Below are positions 24,902-34,959 of a stretch of DNA of 64,000 bases, one piece after another; position 1 is the first letter of the stretch, and each line of letters begins with the position of its first letter. This DNA comes from a virus (Duplodnaviria; Heunggongvirae; Uroviricota; Caudoviricetes), in IMG/VR virus record IMGVR_UViG_3300027770_000046. The stretch is one strand, 5' to 3'. Position numbers and translations under genes: made by a program. Under the pieces are notes generated by a model. That model was not told the DNA's origin, ran no database searches, and was given only the letters and a program-made list of their open reading frames with translations.

Positions 24902-26940
24902 TGGAACTACAAAGTATAGACTACAAAGACTGGTTTATAAATCAGAAGCGTATTCCTGATAAAGAGTCTCAGGAATGTAAACCATTCTTTGACTTTCACA
25001 GAGAGTTATGCTTAAATGGAGCTATGATGGGGGGTACATACATTAACCCCTTTTTATATTGGCACCTTAACATATGGCATACAGAAGTAGATATAATAGA
25101 TGATTATGGGAGGATTGCACAGAAATATGCCAATCCCCTATTGAGAGATAATGAATGGCTTGTGACGAACGAAATTGACAGAGCTCAACAAGAAAAGAGG
25201 GGCTTAGTCATTCTAGGTATTAGACGTTTTGCCAAGTCTGTTCTTGAAGCATCCTATATTGCATGGGGTGCGACCTTTGATGAAAACAGTCAGAATATCA
25301 TAGCAGGCTTAAATGCCCCAGATATAAAACTGATTACTGATAAGATTGACAAAGGATTGAATTTCATTCCTGAGTATTGGAGATGGCAGAGAATTGAGGA
25401 CAACTGGAAGAACCAAGTGACTCTAGGTATAAAGACCAAGTCTGGTGAACGTATCCCATTCTCTTCCATTCTAATACGTAACCTTGATGAAGGTAATAAT
25501 GAGGAAGCAATTGCAGGTACAAAACCACGTAAATTAATTATAGATGAAATTGGTAAAGGAAATTTCCTTAGAGGCTTACAGGCAGCTATTCCTGGTTTCA
25601 CTACACCCTATGGCTGGGGATGTAGCCCCATACTTACTGGGACTGGTGGTGACATGAAGAAATTCATGGATGCTAAAAGCTTGATGTTTGACGTAGATAA
25701 CTTTAATTTCCTTACATATAACAATGCTAAAGATGATAAACGTATACATGGTTTATTCATCTCACATAAGTATAGGATGGAGGCAAAGGAAGATTCTACA
25801 TTAGGAGCATATTTAAATATATCAGGTAAATCTGATTTGCATAATGTTAAAATGCTTGTAAGTAATGAAGAGAAGGCTACAGAAATTACTAATAGAGATT
25901 TAGAAAGACTTAAGAAAGCTGGTGATCGTATAGCCTATCTAAAAGAAAAGATGTACTATCCTCAGGAAGTGGATGATATCTTCTTGAATGAGGATACAAA
26001 TATATTTGATATTGAGAGTGCTAAGAGACAGAAAGCTAGATTGTTACAACAAGAAAGAACAGGAACTCCTGTCGTATTGTTTAATGATGGAGAGAAGATA
26101 GCTCATGAGTTTACAGATAAACTACCCATCTCTAACTTCCCTCTAAAGAACTCAGACCTAAAAGAAGCACCTATAGTTATATATGAATTCCCTATAGATA
26201 ATCCACCTTATGGATTGTATGTAGCAGGAGTCGATCCATATAGACAAGGTAAGTCTGCATATTCAACTTCACTTGGATCTGTATACATATATAAGAGGAT
26301 GCATGAAATTAGTGGTGAGAAATATCAAGATATGTTCGTAGCTTCGTATTGTGCAAGACCTGATAAGAAAGAAACTTGGGAAGAACAAGCTAGACTTCTT
26401 ATAAAGTATTATAATGCACGAGCTCTTTGTGAGAATGATGATATATCCTTTATTGAATATATGAAGAGTAAAGGAGATGCTCATTATCTAGAAAAACAAC
26501 CTGAATGGTTAAAAGAGATTGTACCAAACACCACTGTAAAAAGAGACTTTGGTATACATCGTTCAGCTGCAAAGATAATTGACTATCTTCACACTTGTTT
26601 AAAGAAGTATATGGAAGCTGCAATCTTTAAAGAGACAAATGAAGCAGGTGAAGTGATAAGAGAAGTACTAGGTGTAAGTAAGATATTTGATCCTGTATTA
26701 CTTGAAGAGATTATTCAATATAATGATTCAGGTAACTTTGATAGAATTGTGGCTGCAGAGTTAGCCATAGCACAGGCTTTAAAGATGGACCCAATTATGG
26801 GTAGGATAGGTGGAACATCAGATGAAAGAGTTGCTTCTATGTTTAAGAAGAGGAAAGGAAACATACTCTTCACTGAATCTAGAAATAACATGTTTGGACA
26901 ATCAAAAAATAAATATAAACGCAATAAATTGTTTTCATAA
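24901..26940 (+). CDS. terL: terminase large subunit
   Basis: Walker A-like GIRRFAKS(VLEAS), Walker B KLIIDEIG, and a C-terminal nuclease-type acidic motif VAGVDPYRQGKS. 679 aa. Immediately followed by the portal-sized gene. Confidence 0.75.
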   Translation: MELQSIDYKDWFINQKRIPDKESQECKPFFDFHRELCLNGAMMGGTYINPFLYWHLNIWHTEVDIIDDYGRIAQKYANPLLRDNEWLVTNEIDRAQQEKRGLVILGIRRFAKSVLEASYIAWGATFDENSQNIIAGLNAPDIKLITDKIDKGLNFIPEYWRWQRIEDNWKNQVTLGIKTKSGERIPFSSILIRNLDEGNNEEAIAGTKPRKLIIDEIGKGNFLRGLQAAIPGFTTPYGWGCSPILTGTGGDMKKFMDAKSLMFDVDNFNFLTYNNAKDDKRIHGLFISHKYRMEAKEDSTLGAYLNISGKSDLHNVKMLVSNEEKATEITNRDLERLKKAGDRIAYLKEKMYYPQEVDDIFLNEDTNIFDIESAKRQKARLLQQERTGTPVVLFNDGEKIAHEFTDKLPISNFPLKNSDLKEAPIVIYEFPIDNPPYGLYVAGVDPYRQGKSAYSTSLGSVYIYKRMHEISGEKYQDMFVASYCARPDKKETWEEQARLLIKYYNARALCENDDISFIEYMKSKGDAHYLEKQPEWLKEIVPNTTVKRDFGIHRSAAKIIDYLHTCLKKYMEAAIFKETNEAGEVIREVLGVSKIFDPVLLEEIIQYNDSGNFDRIVAAELAIAQALKMDPIMGRIGGTSDERVASMFKKRKGNILFTESRNNMFGQSKNKYKRNKLFS

Positions 26941-29522
26941 TGGCAATTATAAGATACACGAAAGACGCAACTATAAGATATGCTTATCTGAATATCTTTC
27001 CTGATCAGTTTAAAACTGAGAAGGAAAAGATGGATGAGAGCTGGATAAAGAATTCAATGGATTACTTTGCTAACAAAGCATATGCTGAATACATTAAAGC
27101 TAGAGATACATTTGTAAAGAACTATGATCTTATAAAGGGTATTTTAAGAAGAGAGGATTTCTTTGTAGAACCAGAAGTAAGAAGCTTTACAGATGTGCTT
27201 ACATCTGATCTTGCACTTCCTGCTTATGTAAAACATTATTCTATAATGACCACTCCTATTAATGAGTTGATAGGAGAGATCAGTAAAAGACCTGACGCAT
27301 TTCGTGTCAAAGCATTTGATGATGATAGTAAGTCTGAAGAGTTAGAATTCAAAACTCAGATATTAAATGACTATATTGTTAACAATGCTAAGCAGAAAAT
27401 AATGGAAGATGCTGCTATGTCTGGAGAAGAACTTAATGATGAGGAGATAAGTCAAATGACTTTAGATGAAGTTAAGGATGAGTTAGACTCTTATACATCT
27501 ATAGCTGAGAAATGGGCAAACCATATTCTTACAGCTCAGAAAATGGAATTTAATCTTAAAGAAAAAGGTGAAGATTCATTTAGAGATCTTTTAATATCTG
27601 CTAGAGAATTCTTTCATATATATGAAGATAACTCTAAACTTGGATTTAATGTAGAGGTAGCCAATCCTAAGAACACATGGTTCTTAACTACTCCTGATAG
27701 AAAATATATTTCAGATACTACAGGTAGAGCACAAGGAGCATATGCTGCTGGTACTGTACAAGTATTAGAATTATCTGAAATCATTGAGTCTATTCCTGAT
27801 TTAACTAAGGATGAGATTGATCACTTACGTTCTTCATTACAAGACTATGGATTGATTAATGTACGTGAATCAAATCTTGGTAATCCTAATGCTGTTCCAG
27901 GTAATGACTCTATTCAATATGATACATATGATCCTCTTGTTCTACAAACTAGAATGATTATTGAGTCTGAGATGAAAGAGAACAATGATGGACTTAGAGA
28001 TTTCTTAGGACTTACATCTAATGTAAGTTCATTTGGTTACAAGTATGTAGTTGTAAGAGCATATTGGATTAGTAAAAAGAAGATTGGTAAAGTTATATAT
28101 ATAGATGAGATGGGTAATGAACAATCAATGTTAGTTGATGAGAATTACAAGTCTGGAACTATTCCCACTCAAGAGTCGTTAGAATGGGGATGGATTAACC
28201 AATGGTACCAAGGTATTAAGATTGGTCCAGACATCTATCATATTAAACCTTATAAGTTATTACCTTATTGTCCTATTATTGGTCAAACATTTGAAGTTAA
28301 GAATACAGAAGCTAAGAGCTTAGTGGATATGATGAAACCTTTCCAAGTAATTTATAATGTTTGTATGAATCAACTTTATAAGTTATTAGAGAAGGAAGTG
28401 GGTAAGGTACAGTTAATGTCTATTAGACACATTCCTATTCCTAAAGATGGTGATGCTCAAGATGCATTAGATATCTGGGAAATGGAAGCACGTAATAGAG
28501 GTGTAGTATTTGTTGATGACAGTCCTGAGAACTTAAAGAGTCCATCTAGCTTCAATCAATACACTAGCTTAGATCTTACACGTACTACAGAAATCCAAGC
28601 AAGATATACTCTAGCACAACAAATAAAGAATGAATGTTGGGAACTTATAGGTATGTCTAGACAAAGACTTGGATCTGTACAAGCTAGTGAATCAGCTACA
28701 GGTACTAATGCAGCTATTACACAATCTTATGCTCAGACAGAACCTTTGTTTGTAGCACATGAATATATTATGGGTCAGTTGTATCAAGCTGTTATTGATG
28801 CAGCTTTATACGTAGAAGCTAAGAAGCCACAATCAACTATTTCTTATATAACAAACGAAGGTGAATCAGCATTTGTACAAGTAAATGGTACAGATATTAG
28901 ATTTAGAGATTTAAAAGTTTATTTAACTAATAGACCTGAAGATAAACAAATGTTTAATGAAATTAGAGGCTTGTCTCAAGCTGTTATACAAAATGGTGGT
29001 AGCTTATATGATATTATTGAGCTTTATAGTACTAACTCTGTACGTCAGATGAAAAAGGTATTTAAGACTCTTAAGAATAGACAAGATGAGTTACAAAATC
29101 AGCAATTACAACAAAAGCAACAGCAATTAGATCAACAAAACGAACAAGCTCAAGCTCAGTTACAACAAGCTCAGCAACAATATGATCAAAAGATTGCTCA
29201 TGATGATTACCAAAAAGATCTTGATAGAATTAATAAGGTTGAGGTTGCTACAATTATGGCTGAATCTAAAGGTCAACTTGTAACAGATAATGATTCAAAT
29301 GGAGTACCTGATGCATTAGAAATTAGTAAACTACAGAATGAAGAATCTAAAGCTGCTAAAGACTATCAATCTAAAATGATGGATATTCAAAATAAAAACA
29401 GACTTGCTTCTGAGAAGTTACAACTAGAGAGAGAAAAACTACAGTTAGCTAGAGAAAACCAAGCAAATGATTTAGCTGTGGCCAAGGAGAATGCCAAGGG
29501 CAGAGCTAAGAAAACTAAATAA
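26940..29522 (+). CDS. portal protein (putative)
   Basis: 860 aa, directly downstream of TerL with an ATGA-type overlap. C-terminal Gln-rich coiled-coil segment (QQLQQKQQQLDQQNEQAQAQLQQAQQQ). Size and position fit crAss-like portals. Confidence 0.6.
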   Translation: MAIIRYTKDATIRYAYLNIFPDQFKTEKEKMDESWIKNSMDYFANKAYAEYIKARDTFVKNYDLIKGILRREDFFVEPEVRSFTDVLTSDLALPAYVKHYSIMTTPINELIGEISKRPDAFRVKAFDDDSKSEELEFKTQILNDYIVNNAKQKIMEDAAMSGEELNDEEISQMTLDEVKDELDSYTSIAEKWANHILTAQKMEFNLKEKGEDSFRDLLISAREFFHIYEDNSKLGFNVEVANPKNTWFLTTPDRKYISDTTGRAQGAYAAGTVQVLELSEIIESIPDLTKDEIDHLRSSLQDYGLINVRESNLGNPNAVPGNDSIQYDTYDPLVLQTRMIIESEMKENNDGLRDFLGLTSNVSSFGYKYVVVRAYWISKKKIGKVIYIDEMGNEQSMLVDENYKSGTIPTQESLEWGWINQWYQGIKIGPDIYHIKPYKLLPYCPIIGQTFEVKNTEAKSLVDMMKPFQVIYNVCMNQLYKLLEKEVGKVQLMSIRHIPIPKDGDAQDALDIWEMEARNRGVVFVDDSPENLKSPSSFNQYTSLDLTRTTEIQARYTLAQQIKNECWELIGMSRQRLGSVQASESATGTNAAITQSYAQTEPLFVAHEYIMGQLYQAVIDAALYVEAKKPQSTISYITNEGESAFVQVNGTDIRFRDLKVYLTNRPEDKQMFNEIRGLSQAVIQNGGSLYDIIELYSTNSVRQMKKVFKTLKNRQDELQNQQLQQKQQQLDQQNEQAQAQLQQAQQQYDQKIAHDDYQKDLDRINKVEVATIMAESKGQLVTDNDSNGVPDALEISKLQNEESKAAKDYQSKMMDIQNKNRLASEKLQLEREKLQLARENQANDLAVAKENAKGRAKKTK

Positions 29523-29524
29523 AT

Positions 29525-30055
29525 ATGTTCGATAAACTGATAGAGATAATCACCAATTGGTGGTTACAACTCACACCAGCTATCATTATTAGAGACTATG
29601 AAGAAGCAGTATTGCTCAGGTTTGGTATCTTTAAAAAAGTACTAAAACCTGGAATACATTTCAAGATGCCTCTATTTGATGAAGTGATTGACCAACATGT
29701 GGTTGTCACAACTCTCAGTTTAGATGCCCAATCTTTATATACAAAAGACAAGCAAAACATTGTAGTGAAGGGAGTCATTAAATATAAGATAGCTGATGTC
29801 AAGATATTTCTTCTTGAGGTATTTGATGCCCAAGATGCTCTGTCAGATATGTCTCAAAGCATCATCAAAAATGTCATTATGTCTATGACAATGGATGAGT
29901 GTACAGATTCAGAACTTGATAATACTTTGACAAAGAAAGTTAGGGTGGAAGCTAGGAAATGGGGAGTTGAGGTTCAACAAGTTACCCTCACTGACCTTGC
30001 CCCAATAAGGAGTTATAGGTTAATAAATGATACTTTTACTAACAAATTAGATTAG
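29525..30055 (+). CDS. SPFH/band-7 (stomatin/prohibitin-like) domain protein
   Basis: IIRDYEEAVLLRFGIFKKVLKPGIHFKMPLFDEVIDQHVVVTTLSLDAQSLYTKDKQNIVVKGVIKYKIADVKIF matches the band-7 core (..ErgVv.rfGk....l.PGlhf.iPf.d.v..vd.r....d...q...TkDn..v.vd.vv.yri.d). 176 aa with no obvious transmembrane anchor. Confidence 0.6.
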   Translation: MFDKLIEIITNWWLQLTPAIIIRDYEEAVLLRFGIFKKVLKPGIHFKMPLFDEVIDQHVVVTTLSLDAQSLYTKDKQNIVVKGVIKYKIADVKIFLLEVFDAQDALSDMSQSIIKNVIMSMTMDECTDSELDNTLTKKVRVEARKWGVEVQQVTLTDLAPIRSYRLINDTFTNKLD

Positions 30056-30173
30056 AGTAAAAAACATTAATGCTATATTATATTGAATAATGATCTATAT
30101 AGAGCCTTGTCTCTTTGCTGTTAATTTAACTTGATATACTTTTACATTGAAAACCAAATAAATACAACTACAT

Positions 30174-31451
30174 ATGGCTGAAAATTTAGATATGCCCCAA
30201 ATGGGCAACTTTAGTATTCAAGATACTATGGAGGGAATAGGTAGTCAACAGTTATTAAATGACTTATTGTCCCCTGAAAGTGCAACTTCTAATCCTGATG
30301 ATATTCAGGACATTAAGAATGAACCTGTTCCTGCTCCAACAAAGAAAACTACTTCTAAACAACCAGCTGCTTCAGAACCAGAACCTGAAAAGAAAGATGA
30401 CAATCCTACAAAGGATATTCAAAGTTTCTTATATGGTGAAGATGATGAAGAGAGCGAGGAAGAAACAAATGATAAACCAGCAGTTGCCCCAGCTAAGAAA
30501 GCTGCACAAACTACTGATAATCAAGAAGATAGTAAAGACGATAATGAAGAAGGTGAAGAAGCTCCTGCGAGTCAATTCACTGCATTATCAAGAGATCTTT
30601 TCAAACTAGGTGTATTCTCAAAAGAAGAAGATGAGGAAGAAGCTACAATAGACACTCCTGAAGCTTTCTTGGAAAAGTTCCAAGAAGCAGAGAAAAAGAA
30701 AGGAGCTATTGAAATTGTAGACAACTTCATTGGACAGTTTGGAGAAGATTATCAAAAAGCATTTGATGCCATATATGTAAAAGGTGTAAAACCTGAAGAT
30801 TACTTTGGTGCATTTAACCAAATCAAATCTTTCTCTGATATGGACTTAACTCAAGAGAACAATCAGGTGGCTGTTATTAAACAAGCTTTAACTGATCAAG
30901 GATTTGAGCCTGAGGATGTTACAACAGAAGTAGAAAGATTAAAAAATTATGGTGACCTAGAAAGTGTTGCTACTAAACACCATAAAGTCCTAATAAAGAA
31001 AGAAGGCCAAAAGCTTCAACAAATGGAGCAAGAAAGAGAGGCCCAATTACAACAACAACAAGCTATCAAACAGCAATATTATCAAAATGTAAACAATGTT
31101 TTACAAGAGAAAATAAAAGCTAAAGAATTTGATGGCATACCAATTAACACTAAACTAGCTGGTGAACTACAAGATTTCCTAGTAACAGACAAGTACAAAA
31201 CAAATTCAGGTGAGACTCTCACTGATTTTGATCGTACAATTCTGGAGCTGAAACGTCCTGAGAATCATGCAACAAAAGTAAAGCTTGCGTTGCTAATGAA
31301 GATAATGGAGAAAGATCCTACATTATCAACTATTCAAAAGACAGGTATTACCAAAAAGTCTAATGAATTATTTGGTGAAGTTGCCAGACAAGCCCAGAAG
31401 AGTTCAGTGAAATCTAAACCAGTTACACAATCCACTTCTTGGTTTCAATAA
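30174..31451 (+). CDS. acidic, Gln-rich low-complexity protein (scaffold-like by composition and position)
   Basis: 425 aa with an acidic N-terminal half (EEEE, DDDEESEEE), a QQQQ coiled-coil region, and a basic C-terminus. It lies between the portal/SPFH genes and the capsid gene and is preceded by the conserved leader motif. Confidence 0.45.
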   Translation: MAENLDMPQMGNFSIQDTMEGIGSQQLLNDLLSPESATSNPDDIQDIKNEPVPAPTKKTTSKQPAASEPEPEKKDDNPTKDIQSFLYGEDDEESEEETNDKPAVAPAKKAAQTTDNQEDSKDDNEEGEEAPASQFTALSRDLFKLGVFSKEEDEEEATIDTPEAFLEKFQEAEKKKGAIEIVDNFIGQFGEDYQKAFDAIYVKGVKPEDYFGAFNQIKSFSDMDLTQENNQVAVIKQALTDQGFEPEDVTTEVERLKNYGDLESVATKHHKVLIKKEGQKLQQMEQEREAQLQQQQAIKQQYYQNVNNVLQEKIKAKEFDGIPINTKLAGELQDFLVTDKYKTNSGETLTDFDRTILELKRPENHATKVKLALLMKIMEKDPTLSTIQKTGITKKSNELFGEVARQAQKSSVKSKPVTQSTSWFQ

Positions 31452-31487
31452 ACAATTTATATAACAAAAATTAAAAAAGAATAACAA

Positions 31488-33041
31488 ATGGCAATTCAAA
31501 CAATCCCAGGTTTAACTGGTTTTACCTATGCTAGAGTAGCTTCTATGGACAAGCGTGCTGTAGGTAAATTGACTGACGCAAACCATTTAGAGAGCTTTCA
31601 CTCAACTGAGCCTGCTGACTATGATAAAAAAATCATCAGCTTATACACTCAGAGTTCTCTTTATAGTAATGACTTCTTAGACATGATTAACAAGTCTACT
31701 CCTTACTACATTGACAACAATAGTGATGCTTGGAAATGGCAAGTGCAAGTACCTTACAAGTTCCCAAAATTCATTGATGTTCCAGTTTCTACTCAGGATT
31801 TAAGTAAGCCTGGTATTGATGGACAAGAGTTTCAACTAATTGTTGATACTAATGAATTTTCTAAGAACGCAATTATTTCTGTAGGTACACGTCAATATGG
31901 TCCTCGTTTTTACGTAGTAAAAGATCCAGTTCCTTGGAACGTTGGATTCTTATACACTTTCACTTTAGTAAGTGACAACCCAACTGTAGATTTCGTAAGC
32001 CCTGTCTTCTTGCAAGTGGGTGTGGAATTAGAGTTAGTTGATGCTGCTATTGGTGAGTTCGATCAAGACTTATTAGGTCTTCCTCGTTTAGGTGAGCAAA
32101 TCACTATGTTTGAATCTTTAGGTTCTGCATATGGTTATGAGCACAAAATCACTGAGTGGGCTGATGACAAGATGATGAGAGATGCTTCTGGCAAACCTTT
32201 AGATATCTTAGTATATGCTCCTCAAATACGTAACCAATTACCTTTAACTCGTAACGATGTTAAGTGGGAACCATTTATTGAGTTCTGGATGCGTAAGTCT
32301 ATGTTAGAATTAAAAGTTAAGCGTATGATCTGGGCTAAGCCTGGAACTGTAAAGACTAATGGTTCTCAACAAAACTTAAAGCGTACATCTGCTGGTGTTT
32401 ACCACAGAATGCGTAACAATGGTAACTTAGTACAGTACAACAGAGGTGAGTTCACTGCGAACTTAATTCGTTCTGTATTTGGTGACTTATTCTACAGACG
32501 TGTGGATGTTAAAGACAGACGTGTAAAAATGTACACTAATGAAGCTGGCTTTGACGTATTCCAACAAGCTTTAAAGAATGATGCTTTAAATTCTGGTCTT
32601 ACTTTCATGGCAGATTCTGGTAACAGATATATGCAAGGAGAGGGCCAACATATCACATATAACTTTGCATTCGATGCAATGGTTACTCGTGAGACTGGTC
32701 GTGTTGAGTTAATTCACTTGAAAGAGTTGGATCTTCCTCAAACAAACTTAGAATTTGGTCAAAATAAAAAATCAACTCCTGTATTCATGGTATTTGATGT
32801 AAGCCCTATGAGCGATGGTTCTATGGTTAACAACATTCGTGAAGTACGTATGAAGGGTGCTCCTTCTATGACTTGGGGTTATATTGATGGAACTCGTAGC
32901 CACTTAGGTTTTGCTAAGTCTCAAGGAATGCAGTCTGCAAACAAATTCCCTGGATATGAGATCTGGATGAAAGATCGTTGTGATGTATTTATCGAAGATT
33001 TATCTCGTACAGTATTGATAGAAGAAATTCCTCAATTCTAA
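31488..33041 (+). CDS. major capsid protein (putative)
   Basis: 517 aa, directly after the scaffold-like gene and followed by a strong GC-rich hairpin cluster. Size and context match crAss-like MCPs. No motif-level proof. Confidence 0.55.
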   Translation: MAIQTIPGLTGFTYARVASMDKRAVGKLTDANHLESFHSTEPADYDKKIISLYTQSSLYSNDFLDMINKSTPYYIDNNSDAWKWQVQVPYKFPKFIDVPVSTQDLSKPGIDGQEFQLIVDTNEFSKNAIISVGTRQYGPRFYVVKDPVPWNVGFLYTFTLVSDNPTVDFVSPVFLQVGVELELVDAAIGEFDQDLLGLPRLGEQITMFESLGSAYGYEHKITEWADDKMMRDASGKPLDILVYAPQIRNQLPLTRNDVKWEPFIEFWMRKSMLELKVKRMIWAKPGTVKTNGSQQNLKRTSAGVYHRMRNNGNLVQYNRGEFTANLIRSVFGDLFYRRVDVKDRRVKMYTNEAGFDVFQQALKNDALNSGLTFMADSGNRYMQGEGQHITYNFAFDAMVTRETGRVELIHLKELDLPQTNLEFGQNKKSTPVFMVFDVSPMSDGSMVNNIREVRMKGAPSMTWGYIDGTRSHLGFAKSQGMQSANKFPGYEIWMKDRCDVFIEDLSRTVLIEEIPQF

Positions 33042-33112
33042 TAAATGCCCCTCTAAGGATAGTATCCTCAGACTGACACCAATGGTGTTTCGCAAAAAAC
33101 TAAGAAGACATT

Positions 33113-33136
33113 CCCCCCACTCTCCCAGTGGGGGAG
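33113..33136 (+). terminator. GC-rich hairpin downstream of the putative MCP gene
   Basis: CCCCCACT-ctccc-AGTGGGGG, an 8 bp stem, followed by tcttct. A second hairpin GTTCCC-ttcgat-GGGAAC lies at 33182-33199. Confidence 0.45.
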
Positions 33137-33235
33137 TCTTCTAAATCACAGATGGACATGTACAAGTAAATGCTGTACAGTGTTCCCTTCGATGGGAACC
33201 ATCTGCAAATAAACCAAACAAAAAAACAACTACAT

Positions 33236-34204
33236 ATGGGTAAGATAGGAAAAATCTCTACTATTAAGAAAGAGTACAACAACTCGCAATTGCAAACGAT
33301 GCAAGGTGGACTAGCTATTAAAGGATACACTAGAATTCCTGGTACAGGAGTTTTTAAATATCCTTATAAAGAATTAGATGGTCAGTATAGAACAGGCTTA
33401 GATCCTAACGCTAGCTACATCAAAAGAATCCAAGATCCTTTAGAAAAGGAATTGGAGATAGAAAGAGTAACAGAAGTACGTAGCAGATTAGAAGCTGCAT
33501 TAGGTGATATTGACTTAGGACCAAGATCTCAATTTTGGAACTATGGATTATCAACTTCTACAGATGATTCTTTGCACGTTCAACCAGTAAAGTTACTAGA
33601 TGGTGATAACTATTTTGACTTTACATTACCATTAAGAGAAGTAGCATTCTCATGGTTAAGAGTTCATCCAACAATTGCTTCTAGCTACCAAGCTTGGGAG
33701 AGGGGTGAATATCCTGCTGATATTCAATACTATGTTGCTGATGATGATATTGAGAACAAGGTAATGTTTAAGAAGAAACAACTTATCAACAAAGCAATTG
33801 TTAAGTTTGATAGTATGACTCCTGAGAAGAAGAAGAAAGTGGCTCGTCTACTTGGTCTTCCAGTGTCAGATGATTCCAAAGAAGAAGCAGTTTACAATCA
33901 GGTGGATAACCTATTGAAACAAACTGAATTCAAGAATGGCAGATATCAAGGTTTGAATCCAATTGAGGTATTCAACAGATTTGCAGATATGAAAGAAAAC
34001 TTACTCCATATTAAAGACTTGGTTAAACAAGCTGTTGCTCACTCAGTATATAGAGCTAAACCTAATGGTAAGATTTATGAAGGTGAGTTTGAGATAGCTA
34101 AAGACGAAGATGATTTAGTGAAGTTCTTAGCAGATGAAGATAACCAAGACCAATTGTTAATTTTAGAAGGTAAATTGAAAGGTAAAAAAATAGCTGCACT
34201 ATGA
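33236..34204 (+). CDS. virion structural protein (putative)
   Basis: ORF 33170-34204. The likely start is MGKIGKIS at 33236, directly preceded by the conserved ...AACCAAA...ACAACTACATATGG leader. About 322 aa. Confidence 0.5.
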   Translation: MGKIGKISTIKKEYNNSQLQTMQGGLAIKGYTRIPGTGVFKYPYKELDGQYRTGLDPNASYIKRIQDPLEKELEIERVTEVRSRLEAALGDIDLGPRSQFWNYGLSTSTDDSLHVQPVKLLDGDNYFDFTLPLREVAFSWLRVHPTIASSYQAWERGEYPADIQYYVADDDIENKVMFKKKQLINKAIVKFDSMTPEKKKKVARLLGLPVSDDSKEEAVYNQVDNLLKQTEFKNGRYQGLNPIEVFNRFADMKENLLHIKDLVKQAVAHSVYRAKPNGKIYEGEFEIAKDEDDLVKFLADEDNQDQLLILEGKLKGKKIAAL

Positions 34205-34932
34205 TCCCAGTAGATAGTTTATTATATAAGATTGATCAGAAACTAAATAAACTATCCACTAATGAGCATCAAGAAATTCCTGTAGAAGATAAAATTCTAG
34301 CATTGAATGAAGCTCAAATCAAATTGATAAAGCAAAAAGTTGATGGGTTTAGTACAGTTTCTGGATTAGGTCTGGATGCTTTTAAGAAACGTTATGAAGA
34401 CTTACAAAGTCTTGTAGAGACTTACAACCACCAACCACTTACCCTAGCATTGAAAAATGCTGAACTAAATCAATGGTTTGCAAACGTCCATCTCCTTACA
34501 CCTCAGTACATGTTCTATATAGATAGTTATGTATTAGCTGATAAAGGAAGATGCACAGATAGAAAGATATGGATTAATAGAGACTTGGCTAAGCATGGTG
34601 ACTTACAGTTTTGCTTAAACAACACTCACTATAAACCCTCTTTTGAATATCAAGAGACATTCAACTTTATATCTTCTGATGAGATCTCTATATTTACAGA
34701 TGGTACATTTACACCAAAAACTATAAATATATCTTACATGAGATATCCTCAATATATAAATAAGGCAGGATATATCATGCTTGATGGATTACCATCATTC
34801 GATCAGGATTGCGAACTTGAACTATACCTAGAAGATGAACTATTAGATCTTACAGTACAAAACTTGGCTATGTATACAGAAAACCAAAGTGCTGTTCAAA
34901 GCTCAATCTATAGAATACAAACAAACGAATAA
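34201..34932 (+). CDS. virion structural protein (putative, 243 aa)
   Basis: ORF in the late operon with a 4 nt overlap to the upstream gene. Confidence 0.5.
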   Translation: MIPVDSLLYKIDQKLNKLSTNEHQEIPVEDKILALNEAQIKLIKQKVDGFSTVSGLGLDAFKKRYEDLQSLVETYNHQPLTLALKNAELNQWFANVHLLTPQYMFYIDSYVLADKGRCTDRKIWINRDLAKHGDLQFCLNNTHYKPSFEYQETFNFISSDEISIFTDGTFTPKTINISYMRYPQYINKAGYIMLDGLPSFDQDCELELYLEDELLDLTVQNLAMYTENQSAVQSSIYRIQTNE

Positions 34933-34959
34933 TTTTTAATAACCTAAAACATAATCAAA

